Virus record (IMG/VR): IMGVR_UViG_3300045303_000152
Span: 45,753-109,752 of that record
Reading direction: 5' to 3' (one strand)
DNA from: a virus
DNA: 64,000 bases
Shown here piece by piece: positions 1 through 8,759 of the stretch. A program made the position numbers and the translations under genes. Position 1 is the first letter of the stretch; each line of letters begins with the position of its first letter. The notes under the pieces were generated by a model. The model had not been told where the DNA came from, did not search any database, and saw only the letters and a list, made by a program, of their open reading frames with translations.

Positions 1-363
1 CTCGGCTTTTGCGCGCTGCTGCTGCGGGGTTTGCTACCAGCATCGCCAGTGCCCATCGTGGCCGCGTGCGAGGCATGGTCGGCCGCTAGTGCGGTCGGGC
101 AATAGCACTCACGAGCTAGAGCACCAACGTCGCCCCATTGCTTACCGTCACACGCGCGCACCGTCGCTGCACCGTGACGCGGGCATGGCTACCGGCGCCC
201 GTAACCCCTAGCACCAACAAACCCCAAACTTGCGAAACCCATGTTTCGCCTTCAATGCTCGGCACGCGCGCACCGTCGCCACAGCACGAGCATTGCGGCC
301 GATACCATCGGGCATGATTGAACTAATCAGCATGCAAACCAACATCGACGGGGGTTTTACACT

Positions 364-615
364 ATGACGCGAATTGATCGGTACAAGCACAATCGCAACG
401 TTGCCGAGCAATCGGCAACACTCACGGTCGGCTCAATTGTGCGCATCACTAGCGAGCACAATTTTTACAACGGTCGGCTTGCAGTCATCATCGGGCACGT
501 TCAATTCGCAATGAGCGAGCTTGATTGCTATTGGGTGCGTATCACTGATACGCAAGTCACTTGCCTTGAACGGGCAAACGAACTGCGCTTGATTGATCGT
601 CAGCACTCAAACTAA
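364..615 (+). CDS. hypothetical leader-region protein (possible SH3/KOW-like fold)
   Basis: 83-aa ORF preceded by GGGGGTT RBS; 'VGSIVRI...YNGRLAVI...YWVRI' pattern. Confidence 0.6.
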   Translation: MTRIDRYKHNRNVAEQSATLTVGSIVRITSEHNFYNGRLAVIIGHVQFAMSELDCYWVRITDTQVTCLERANELRLIDRQHSN

Positions 616-628
616 GGGGTTTACACTG

Positions 629-1048
629 ATGGTTAAACGCCCATTCGACGGCATCAACGTTGATGCCTTGCAAGCTTGGCTCGATAACTTCGAGCGAGCG
701 CACCCGACGACTAGCGTTAAGCCGGCCTTGCCCACTAAGGCGCAAACGTTTGCCGAGCTTGATCGACTCGCAACACCAACAACCCTTGCGACCGTGAGCA
801 TTCGCACGCGCAAGGGTTATCGACCGCTGAAGGGTTACAGCTACCCATTCGACAGTACACCGAATGATAGCGTCGTGCATACGCTGGTGCATTGTTGGTT
901 CATTGATTACGTCGGCCCCGACAAGCCCGCGCGCTATGGCAATGTCGAAATTTCGGCCGACGAAACGGCGACTTTGCTTGCATGGGTAGCCGAGTGGCGC
1001 ATTGCGCGTCGTCGCCCCATCAAACGCGTGGCTAACTGCTATCGCTAA
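629..1048 (+). CDS. hypothetical protein
   Basis: ATG 629 after GGGGTTT RBS at 616. Confidence 0.65.
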   Translation: MVKRPFDGINVDALQAWLDNFERAHPTTSVKPALPTKAQTFAELDRLATPTTLATVSIRTRKGYRPLKGYSYPFDSTPNDSVVHTLVHCWFIDYVGPDKPARYGNVEISADETATLLAWVAEWRIARRRPIKRVANCYR

Positions 1049-1168
1049 CCTTGCCTCGCCTCACTTGCCTGCGATCACTCGCGGGCTTGTGGGCCGATGC
1101 AATCGCATCGGTTGCCGTTTCGGCTTAGGCCCACGGCGAAAACACTGCACACTGAGGGGTTTACGATC

Positions 1169-1519
1169 ATGGCTCGTTCGATCAAGCATGCCAAGGCCAA
1201 GGGCGCGACCGTCACCAAGGCCAATGGCAAGGCCAAGTCGGCCAAGTCGCGCAAGGGCGCCAAGTCGCGCAAGGGCGCCAAGTCGCGCGTTGTCGCTCGC
1301 GAGTACCAGCCCAAGCCCGGTACCGGGCTCGAGTTCACCGACGACACGCGCATCACTGTGCTAGTGCGCGAAAACCCGAAGCGTGGCAAATCGGCCAAGC
1401 GCTTCGCAGGGTACCTCACCAAAAAGCCGAAAACCGTCGCGGCCGCGATTGCCGCCGGCCTCACCCGCGCCGACATTCGCTGGGATGCCGGCAAGGGTTT
1501 CATCAAGCTGGGCAAGTAA
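1169..1519 (+). CDS. basic Lys/Ala-rich protein with C-terminal 'NPKR...D-W-D' domain; probable DNA-binding protein
   Basis: AKSRKG repeats; C-terminal domain shared with 32760..33395; GGGGTTT RBS at 1156. Confidence 0.75.
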   Translation: MARSIKHAKAKGATVTKANGKAKSAKSRKGAKSRKGAKSRVVAREYQPKPGTGLEFTDDTRITVLVRENPKRGKSAKRFAGYLTKKPKTVAAAIAAGLTRADIRWDAGKGFIKLGK

Positions 1520-1575
1520 GCTCGGCTAGTCGCGTGGTAGCGTAGCGCGTCAAACATCAGCCCACAAACTGCAAC

Positions 1576-1627
1576 GCCCACGCGCACACGGTTGCCAAGC
1601 TGGCGATTGTGTGGCGTGGGCTTTTTT
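1576..1627 (+). terminator. intrinsic terminator
   Basis: GCCCACGC...GCGTGGGC stem followed by TTTTTT downstream of the 1519 stop. Confidence 0.7.
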
Positions 1628-1754
1628 GTTTGTACACTACCAATCATCATGGGGGTTCACATGCTCGACAAGCTTTGCGCGTGGGCATACCGGCTGCCGT
1701 TTCGTTTGTGCGAGCCGGCTTACCTGCGAGCCGACTACTGGCGCGAGGTGCATC

Positions 1755-1949
1755 ATGCATCGCGGCATACATAAGCTAATTCACCAATGGGTTGCTCGGC
1801 ACAACGTTTGGGCAATCATAGCGTTTTGTGTACTGATGATTTACGCACCTCGCGTGCTGCAAGTCGCGTGGCCGTTCATTGGCCAGCTAGCTTGCGCGAC
1901 AATCGTAGCCTGCGCGGTCGCGGCAATCGTCGCACGCTTCACACGTTGA
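1755..1949 (+). CDS. small membrane protein
   Basis: Two hydrophobic segments; overlaps the short ORF 1661..1774. Confidence 0.55.
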   Translation: MHRGIHKLIHQWVARHNVWAIIAFCVLMIYAPRVLQVAWPFIGQLACATIVACAVAAIVARFTR

Positions 1950-2164
1950 ACGTTTCGCCTCACGGGCTCGCACGATGCGAGCTTGTGGGCCGACACGTGG
2001 CGCAATCATGTGTCGGGCTTGTTGCCGCGCGCCAAGTACGGCGCAACGCCTGATGAGGTTAGCCGGGTTCAACCCGTTACCCGCTAAACCTCATTGGCCG
2101 TTGCACTGAGCGGCGGGCGCGCTGGCGATTGTCAGCGTGCAAACTAAACTCAATGGGGGTTCAT

Positions 2165-2347
2165 GTGCGATACGCAATTGTTGACTTGCGCACCGGGGAA
2201 ACCATGCGCGTTTGCGTCAGCATGCTCGCAGCGTTGCGTGAGGTGCGGCGCTTCAATGACCACGCGGCACAATGGCACGGCGCCTTGTCGCGCTACGCGA
2301 TTGTGCCGACTTATGACGCGGCGAACCTTTGCGGGTTCGAACTGTGA
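2165..2347 (+). CDS. hypothetical protein
   Basis: GTG after GGGGGTT RBS at 2155. Confidence 0.55.
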   Translation: MRYAIVDLRTGETMRVCVSMLAALREVRRFNDHAAQWHGALSRYAIVPTYDAANLCGFEL

Positions 2348-2446
2348 CGCCTGACAAGCTGCGAGCCTCGCACGTTCGCAGCTTGTCGGCCGCTACAGGC
2401 TAGCGGCGCCTCGCAATCGTGCGAGGTGCAATCGACGGGGGTTCAC

Positions 2447-2674
2447 ATGATGCAATCGCATAGCGTCACTCAGTTGCGCCACGCCATGACTCACGGCCAC
2501 TATCGCCGCATGCGCGCGGGTGACCTGTTGACGGGCTTGGTGCTCGGCATGGCACTCGGCATGGCACTCGGCACAATCATCACGCTCGCATGCCTGCGAC
2601 TTGATGAACTGACGCACAGCAGCGCCCGCGCGGTCGTGAGCGAGCGCACGTGCATCGAGGCGATGTTACGCTAA
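2447..2674 (+). CDS. small membrane protein
   Basis: GGGGGTTCAC-ATG; hydrophobic GMAL repeat segment. Confidence 0.55.
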   Translation: MMQSHSVTQLRHAMTHGHYRRMRAGDLLTGLVLGMALGMALGTIITLACLRLDELTHSSARAVVSERTCIEAMLR

Positions 2675-2688
2675 CCCGCTGCTGCCTG

Positions 2689-2712
2689 CTGCTACCCTCG
2701 CGAGGGTAGCAG
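2689..2712. repeat. perfect 24-bp palindrome CTGCTACCCTCGCGAGGGTAGCAG
   Basis: Read directly. Confidence 0.9.
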
Positions 2713-3136
2713 TGGCCAGCAACGGCAGTTGTATCCGCAACACCGTTGCTTGTCGCACGCAAGCCGAGTTGTATATCAAAGTAGTTCATGTTGGAATTGC
2801 AACTTGTTGGTGTGTCAGCGGTCGCGGTCGCGAGGCTCGCGAGGGTAGCTGGCCACGGGCTTGCGAGGCGCGATGCCGCATATGGTCACAATGGGGCCTA
2901 GCGCGGTCGCTGGCTCGCATCGTGCGAGGTGCGGCACTGCCCTAGCCGCGCGCGGTCGCTGGCCACGGGCGACGCTGCTAGGGGGCTTGCGTGCGTTGCG
3001 TGACGTGCGGTCGCTGGCCAGCTCGGCAGCTTGCCCAGCTCGGGGCCGACCGTGGCAGAGTTGTATAGTCAACAGAAGTCGAGTTTCCTCAACCTGAGGT
3101 TTCAATGCACATACATCTTCGCCTTGACTGTACATC

Positions 3137-3206
3137 TGAACCGCGTTCATCTTGTAGCTACATTCTGAACCGCGTTCATCTTGCATATGCATCTGATCAG
3201 CGTTCA
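3137..3206. repeat. array of TGAACCGCGTTCA units (two exact, one degenerate), 28-29 bp period
   Basis: 3137-3149, 3166-3178, 3194-3206; spacers contain palindromes TGTAGCTACA and TGCATATGCA. Confidence 0.85.
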
Positions 3207-3672
3207 GTTGCATGTCGAACGCAGGCAGGCAGGCGGCGGCTCCTTGTAATCGGCCTCGGTCGCCTCGGTCGCGCCGAAGTCCAGCAAATCTGAGATTTGT
3301 CTTGGGAAAATCTTAAATCTGAAGCTCGAAGCTTTTTGCCTCGGTCGCTTTTTCAACAATTCAATTCGAAACTTTCACAAACGATCCTTATGACGCCGCC
3401 CCACGCGCGGGCGCGCGCTGCCATGTTGTTGACGATTTGCTCGGCGATGCTGGGCAACTCCTTAGCAACAGATGCAGCTTTTGCTATAAGCTCAACGCTG
3501 AGCGATAGCACTAGCCTTGGGCTAGATCTACAGCATTGTTGCAAATCGTACATCGTATGATCGGCATGCGAGGTTCGAAAAACGGTTTTTCAATTTCGAT
3601 TTGGATTTTCCAAGTTCAAAATTTCCAAGTGCCAGTGAGGAAGCAACCAGTGCAACAAGTGAGGAGCGTGCT

Positions 3673-3972
3673 ATGAAAGTGTCAGAAGCAGGCGTGCTGA
3701 CATTTCAGGGGGTCAGCTTCAATTACACCCTGAGGAAGCCAGAGCACTATCGCAGTGCGATGTTTCAATACTGCAATCGCAACGCCTTCAAGGTTGAAGA
3801 TAGCAGAATATGGGGCATCGAGCTGGAACATGCAATCGAGTGCTTACGCAAGTACGCGCAACTGAAGCTGCCCGACATCATCGCCGATCAAGAGGCGATG
3901 TTTCGAGCTCTCGGCTTCAACGTAACGTGGGGCACTAACAGCAAGGCCCAACACGTCATCATCATTCACTAA
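3673..3972 (+). CDS. hypothetical protein
   Basis: GAGGAG RBS, ATG 3673. Confidence 0.65.
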   Translation: MKVSEAGVLTFQGVSFNYTLRKPEHYRSAMFQYCNRNAFKVEDSRIWGIELEHAIECLRKYAQLKLPDIIADQEAMFRALGFNVTWGTNSKAQHVIIIH

Positions 3973-3984
3973 GGAGAAAGGATC

Positions 3985-4248
3985 ATGCCCGCCCCGTTAG
4001 GCAAAACGATCAGGCTCGAAACCTACAAGAAGAATGTGTACCGATGCGTAACGAACATTCGGTATCAAGAAACCCAACTGCATGAGCTAACGATGCAGTT
4101 GGCCGGAACTACAAACCTGTACCGTCAGTCGAAGCTGCGCAAGCTTATCAAGAATAAGCACTTCACCATCGCACGCTGGCGTGACAAGTTAAAGTTCGAG
4201 AATGCTCGCGAGATAGAACCTGAGCCTAGACCAACACGAGTACGCTAA
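3985..4248 (+). CDS. hypothetical protein
   Basis: AGGAG RBS. Confidence 0.6.
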   Translation: MPAPLGKTIRLETYKKNVYRCVTNIRYQETQLHELTMQLAGTTNLYRQSKLRKLIKNKHFTIARWRDKLKFENAREIEPEPRPTRVR

Positions 4249-4280
4249 CCTGCACTGCACAGTCTGACACTCAATGGAGC

Positions 4281-4589
4281 ATGACTATGCCTATCAGCCG
4301 AAAGACCAACCTGCCGCCCACCAAGCCCAAGGTAAAGGTAGAAGAAGCTGCGCCTACCCCAAGCGTCGAGTACAAGCCTTCTACAACCAAATACCTGTTC
4401 ACGCCCAAGCATCACCGCAAGCTCGCTGAGTTCTGCGCTGCTCATATCAAGAAGGTTGAGCAGCGTGAGCGTGAGCAAGCATGGCAAATGGCCTATGATA
4501 TGGGCGAGATGTTACAAGCCGACCATCGCGAGCACTTCAAGCCAACTGAGTTCTTCGCGCTGGTACATCAGCTAGTAGACCAGAAGTAA
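4281..4589 (+). CDS. hypothetical protein
   Basis: GGAG RBS, collinear. Confidence 0.6.
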   Translation: MTMPISRKTNLPPTKPKVKVEEAAPTPSVEYKPSTTKYLFTPKHHRKLAEFCAAHIKKVEQREREQAWQMAYDMGEMLQADHREHFKPTEFFALVHQLVDQK

Positions 4590-4627
4590 ACTGCACACAC
4601 TGCACAACTAACAAATGGAGCACTACT

Positions 4628-5146
4628 ATGCCTAGGTTCGAATACATGAAGCTCAATCTTAGTCATGAAGATCGTGACGGCGATGATGTGGATAGCTTGA
4701 ACTACTACGGCGAGCAGGGTTGGCAAGTCATCGCCGTGCAAGTGAACGGCATGGCATATCTGATGCGGGCTGTAGAAGAAACTACTAGTGCAACCGTCGA
4801 CACGCCACCTGCAAGCCCGCGTGGTGTGCTGACGCTCGACGTAACATCCTTCGACCGCAAGGCTGATGAGACAATGTTGCGCGAGCTACACATACTGCGC
4901 AAACTGGCTACACAGGAAATAACGAAGTTGTCAGAGTTTGTTGAGGTGGTTCAATATCTGGAACCGACCGTCGAGTATGCGTCGGTAGTAGCGCTGCTCG
5001 ACAGGCTCGAGAACGTCGGCGTGGTTACGCGGCCCCAGAAGGGCAAATATACGGCAGGCCCGAATGCACAGCAATATATGCTGCTACTTATTCAAACGCT
5101 GACGGAACGGAAAGTAGAAATACCCAATGGGGTTCACAAGAAGTAA
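4628..5146 (+). CDS. DUF4177-like N-terminus plus possible winged-helix C-terminus
   Basis: 'FEY...LNYYGEQGWQVIAV...YLMR' motif; C-terminal 'LDRLENVGVVTRPQKGKY'. Confidence 0.55.
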   Translation: MPRFEYMKLNLSHEDRDGDDVDSLNYYGEQGWQVIAVQVNGMAYLMRAVEETTSATVDTPPASPRGVLTLDVTSFDRKADETMLRELHILRKLATQEITKLSEFVEVVQYLEPTVEYASVVALLDRLENVGVVTRPQKGKYTAGPNAQQYMLLLIQTLTERKVEIPNGVHKK

Positions 5147-5187
5147 GCAGCGCCTAAACCAAACCAGCTAATGAGGGGGAATATCAA

Positions 5188-5502
5188 ATGCCCGCGACTG
5201 ACAACGCCTTGATGGCAAAGCCTCGTAATGTGGATGTTACCGATGCACGCACCCCGATGTGGATTGTACGCAAGATCGTACATCGCTTGGTGCTCGACTT
5301 CGGCAGCATCTACGTGGTTGATCAGATACAAGTGGCGATGGTTGGCAAGGCGTATGGGTTTATGGTCAGTTTCGAACTGACGCCCCAATCACCAAACGTG
5401 GAGTTGATGTTCAACGTGAGAATTGCGTACTTCGACTATGTTGGGGAGATCAAGTGGTGTTGCCTTACTACCAGAAATGAGGTAACTGGGAGGTGGCAGT
5501 AA
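5188..5502 (+). CDS. hypothetical protein
   Basis: GAGGGG RBS. Confidence 0.55.
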   Translation: MPATDNALMAKPRNVDVTDARTPMWIVRKIVHRLVLDFGSIYVVDQIQVAMVGKAYGFMVSFELTPQSPNVELMFNVRIAYFDYVGEIKWCCLTTRNEVTGRWQ

Positions 5503-5970
5503 TGTCAACACAATACGCCGTCATGCGGCGGAGGGAAGTGAATATGTGGTATGTTGAGATGTGCAATGGCAAACGTCACGGCCCATTCGAAAGCTATGAA
5601 GATGCTAACCAAATGGCTAGCGACGACGTAGCCAGAATATACCGGGTTCACAGCGTATCTCATCTACTGGCCTATGACAGAGCCATGCGCGAGCGGCGTG
5701 GCAAGCTGTCGCCCATAACGCTGCCAACGCCAGATCACCCGGCATTGCGGCGCCTGCTTGACGAGTAGTCGTTCTACCCCAATTACCCCTAGCTATTAAT
5801 GTAGATCTAGTACCATTAGCTGCCCTAGCTAGCACCCTAGCGCCCAAAATTGCTGAACGCTGTATATGCACTAATAGCTACCAGATTTCGACCGTAAATC
5901 GCGTATGTTTCGAGTACCGGCCAACGCCGAACCCTACAAACCAACGTCAACTTATGAAGAGGAACTAACC

Positions 5971-6543
5971 ATGCCTGCATTCATCAATGCCGCGACTGGC
6001 AAGCCTGAGAAGAAGCGCATGCGAATGGAAACTACGATGCAAAGCGGCAATCGCCCATTGTCATTCGAGGATGCGTGCAAAAGGTTCAAGAAGCGCTTCA
6101 CCCTCGATCACACACCGGGCTGGGCGCGTCACATCGTCGAGCGCACGGGCAAGTATCCGGCTCCTCGGTACAACAGCGACGTGGAATGGTACCAACGGTC
6201 GGAGTTCATCGGTTTCGCTACGACCGGCAGCCGTAAGTACATTCGTGAGAACGACCCGACATGGCCGGTTGGTCGCTGGCTCGATAAGCCGTTCAAGCGT
6301 GAGGAGTTTGGCAAGGTAGCCAAGGCCAAGCAGAAAGCCGAGCGTTATGGCACGCAGCGCAAAACGTTGAGTAATCCTACTCCCAAGGCTTTGCAAGAGC
6401 TCGATCGGCTGATTACCGCTACCAAGCCCGCTGCACCAACTCAAACGGTGCCAAAAGGTCGGATCAGCGGTAAGAAGGCCAATCACCGGCCGACCAAAGC
6501 TGGCAAGAAGCCGACCAACGGCAACAAGAACGGCAAGAAGTGA
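5971..6543 (+). CDS. hypothetical protein with basic tail
   Basis: GAGGA RBS before ATG 5971. Confidence 0.65.
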   Translation: MPAFINAATGKPEKKRMRMETTMQSGNRPLSFEDACKRFKKRFTLDHTPGWARHIVERTGKYPAPRYNSDVEWYQRSEFIGFATTGSRKYIRENDPTWPVGRWLDKPFKREEFGKVAKAKQKAERYGTQRKTLSNPTPKALQELDRLITATKPAAPTQTVPKGRISGKKANHRPTKAGKKPTNGNKNGKK

Positions 6544-6571
6544 ACAAACGTCAACTCAAGGAACGTGCGTC

Positions 6572-6778
6572 ATGAGCGAGTCTGAAGCAGTTGCGTGGGT
6601 AGCACTGGGCTGGTGCTACTTCTGGGGAGCCATAGTTTCATTTGTACTGGTCTATATGCTTCGTGCTCCTGATCCAACAATAAATAGGTGGATTGTGCTG
6701 GTAACTTTCTCATGGCCAGTAACAATGCCTTGGATGATCGTTGATGCACTCGCCAACATGGTGAAGGACAAGAAATGA
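6572..6778 (+). CDS. small membrane protein (paralog of 7978..8232)
   Basis: ALGWxYFWG...WPV motif. Confidence 0.65.
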   Translation: MSESEAVAWVALGWCYFWGAIVSFVLVYMLRAPDPTINRWIVLVTFSWPVTMPWMIVDALANMVKDKK

Positions 6779-7740
6779 AAGCGCGCACATTCGACAAGGC
6801 CGATGTGTACGAGCGCATAACTGCTCAGATTATTAAGGACGTTGAGGCTGGGACGATACCCTGGCTGATACCCTGGTCACATTCTAAAGCCACTCAGGCT
6901 CGAGATTTGACCTTGCAAGACGTGTGGCCGGCTAACGCAATCACCGGCCACCTGTACAACGGCGCAAACGTGTTTCAATGCTGGATGCATCAGTCAAGGC
7001 TGAAGGCAGAAGGGCCACCGCTGTTCTTAACCTTCAAGCAAGCGAAGGCAGCCGGCGGCTACGTGCGCAAAGGAGAGCAGAGCATCATCGTCATCGGCTT
7101 CAACAGTGGCTTGAAGAAAGTCGAGCAGGACGATGGTACGACCAAAACCAAAAAGACTTTCTATGCGTTCGGCCACTTCGTATTTCACATCAGCCAATGT
7201 GAGAATGTGAAGCTGCCAAAGCGCAAGCCCATAGAGCGACCCGTGGGCCTCGACGATGACAAGGCATGGCAGGCGTTCATCAAAGCTACCGGAGCAGACA
7301 TTCGCCACGGTGGCACGAGTGCTCACTACAAGCCCATCGCAGACTACATACAAATGCCGACGGCCAAGGCGTTCAAGACTAAGGATGATTACAAGGCTGT
7401 CGAGTTGCACGAGTTGACACACTGGACAAGCCACAAGACTAGGTGCGACAGGCCAATCATGCACATGTTCCAAAGCGAGGGCTACGCAAAGGAGGAGCTG
7501 ATTGCCGAGCTGGGCAGTGCATTTCTATGTGCCAAGCTGGGCGTCGTGCAAAAGACTGTGCGTCACGCCGACTATGTTGGCGATTGGCTGAAAGTGCTCA
7601 AGAACGACAAGCGCGCCATCGTGCGCGCTGCGTCGCAGGCAATGAAGGCCACAACCTTCATTGAGACGCTGGTAGGTGATGCGTTGAAACCAAAAGTGAA
7701 GCGCAAGCGTTTGAAACCATCGAAAGGAAAAAGGCGATGA
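6775..7740 (+). CDS. ardC: ArdC-family antirestriction / ssDNA-binding protein with zincin-like domain
   Basis: 'YERITAQII...PWLIPW', 'YNGAN', 'LTFKQA...VRKGE', HELTH metal motif, 'YAKEELIAELGSAFL'. Confidence 0.9.
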   Translation: MKARTFDKADVYERITAQIIKDVEAGTIPWLIPWSHSKATQARDLTLQDVWPANAITGHLYNGANVFQCWMHQSRLKAEGPPLFLTFKQAKAAGGYVRKGEQSIIVIGFNSGLKKVEQDDGTTKTKKTFYAFGHFVFHISQCENVKLPKRKPIERPVGLDDDKAWQAFIKATGADIRHGGTSAHYKPIADYIQMPTAKAFKTKDDYKAVELHELTHWTSHKTRCDRPIMHMFQSEGYAKEELIAELGSAFLCAKLGVVQKTVRHADYVGDWLKVLKNDKRAIVRAASQAMKATTFIETLVGDALKPKVKRKRLKPSKGKRR

Positions 7741-7977
7741 CCCCAAGACACGGCGTAGCAGCAGCGACCTTCTTCACAGGCACGAGAAAGAATGGTGACA
7801 AGGTATGGATCAACGTGGCTGAAATAACCACGATGATCGACCACACCGACAAGAAGAAACCTGACAACAGGTACACCATCATCGCAACGGTGCATGGCGT
7901 GAGCCAGCAAGCTATGTTTCTGAACGAAACGCCAGAAACCCTGATCGCCACGGCGGTAACGATAGTCGGGTAAGCCC

Positions 7978-8232
7978 ATGTCAACTCGAGAAACGCTGCT
8001 GGTGCTGGCATTGGGTTGGCTCTATTTCTGGGGCCTGTTCATAACATTCTGCTTTCAAATGCTGACGGTAGCCTATTTCAAACAGACTAAGGAGATGAAC
8101 GGCCTGCATTTGGCCTACATCATCTTCTTATGCATATGCTGGCCTGTTAGCTTACCCAAGGCTGGCGTGCCAGCTATCGGCGACATGCTGTCAACGTTGG
8201 CAGCTCACATCAAGCAAAGGAGAAAGAAGTGA
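7978..8232 (+). CDS. small membrane protein (paralog of 6572..6778)
   Basis: ALGWLYFWG...WPV. Confidence 0.65.
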   Translation: MSTRETLLVLALGWLYFWGLFITFCFQMLTVAYFKQTKEMNGLHLAYIIFLCICWPVSLPKAGVPAIGDMLSTLAAHIKQRRKK

Positions 8233-8725
8233 GAGTGTTCAGGCGCCTGTCAGATGATGGGCATGCTTCTGTATTCAAGTCAAGGGTAAGCGCCGGCATG
8301 ATCGTACTGGAAATTGCCTATGCGCATGGCTTGGCCAGAATGATCACAACCTTATCCAAGGAGGAGGCCAAGCGTTACGCAACGTGGTTACTAAGCAAAA
8401 CGGAGTGAGCTAATGACTGGGGGTCACATGACGTTCATTGAGGAATACCTAGGCTGGGAGATATACCTCGATATGCCAGCGAAGATGTACTACGCAATAG
8501 ATCCTAGTAGCGGCACTCGCTACGGGCCTAGCCGCAGTCGAGCCGACTTGAAACTCTATATCAACAGAGTAAAAAGTAGCTTTAGCCTGTAACAATTAAC
8601 ATTCAAAGAAAGGAGAACTGACCATGCCGCAACTTGCGAGAGTTACCGTGCTGATGGGCCTAGTCACGGCATTTGCCATCGTGCTGGCTATCAGCTTGAT
8701 CGTGATATTCGGGTAGTCTGCAAAA

Positions 8726-8739
8726 GTTCAAAATTGAAC
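8726..8739. promoter_or_regulatory. palindrome GTTCAANNTTGAAC, copy 1
   Basis: GTTCAAAATTGAAC, intergenic, just before an RBS. Confidence 0.65.
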
Positions 8740-8759
8740 TTCACCAAGGAGAGGGAAAT

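Noticed and set aside
1-3050. mRNA-level explanation for GGA loss (CsrA or RegB-type avoidance)
   Set aside because: TCC and TCT are equally absent on the coding strand and AGA is also lost, so an mRNA GGA motif cannot explain it
3137-3206. CRISPR array
   Set aside because: Only three short units with ~15-nt palindromic spacers; no cas genes
8726-8739. Alphaproteobacterial LexA box or canonical parS
   Set aside because: That LexA box is a direct repeat GTTC-N7-GTTC and parS is TGTTTCACGTGAAACA; this motif is an inverted GTTC-N6-GAAC
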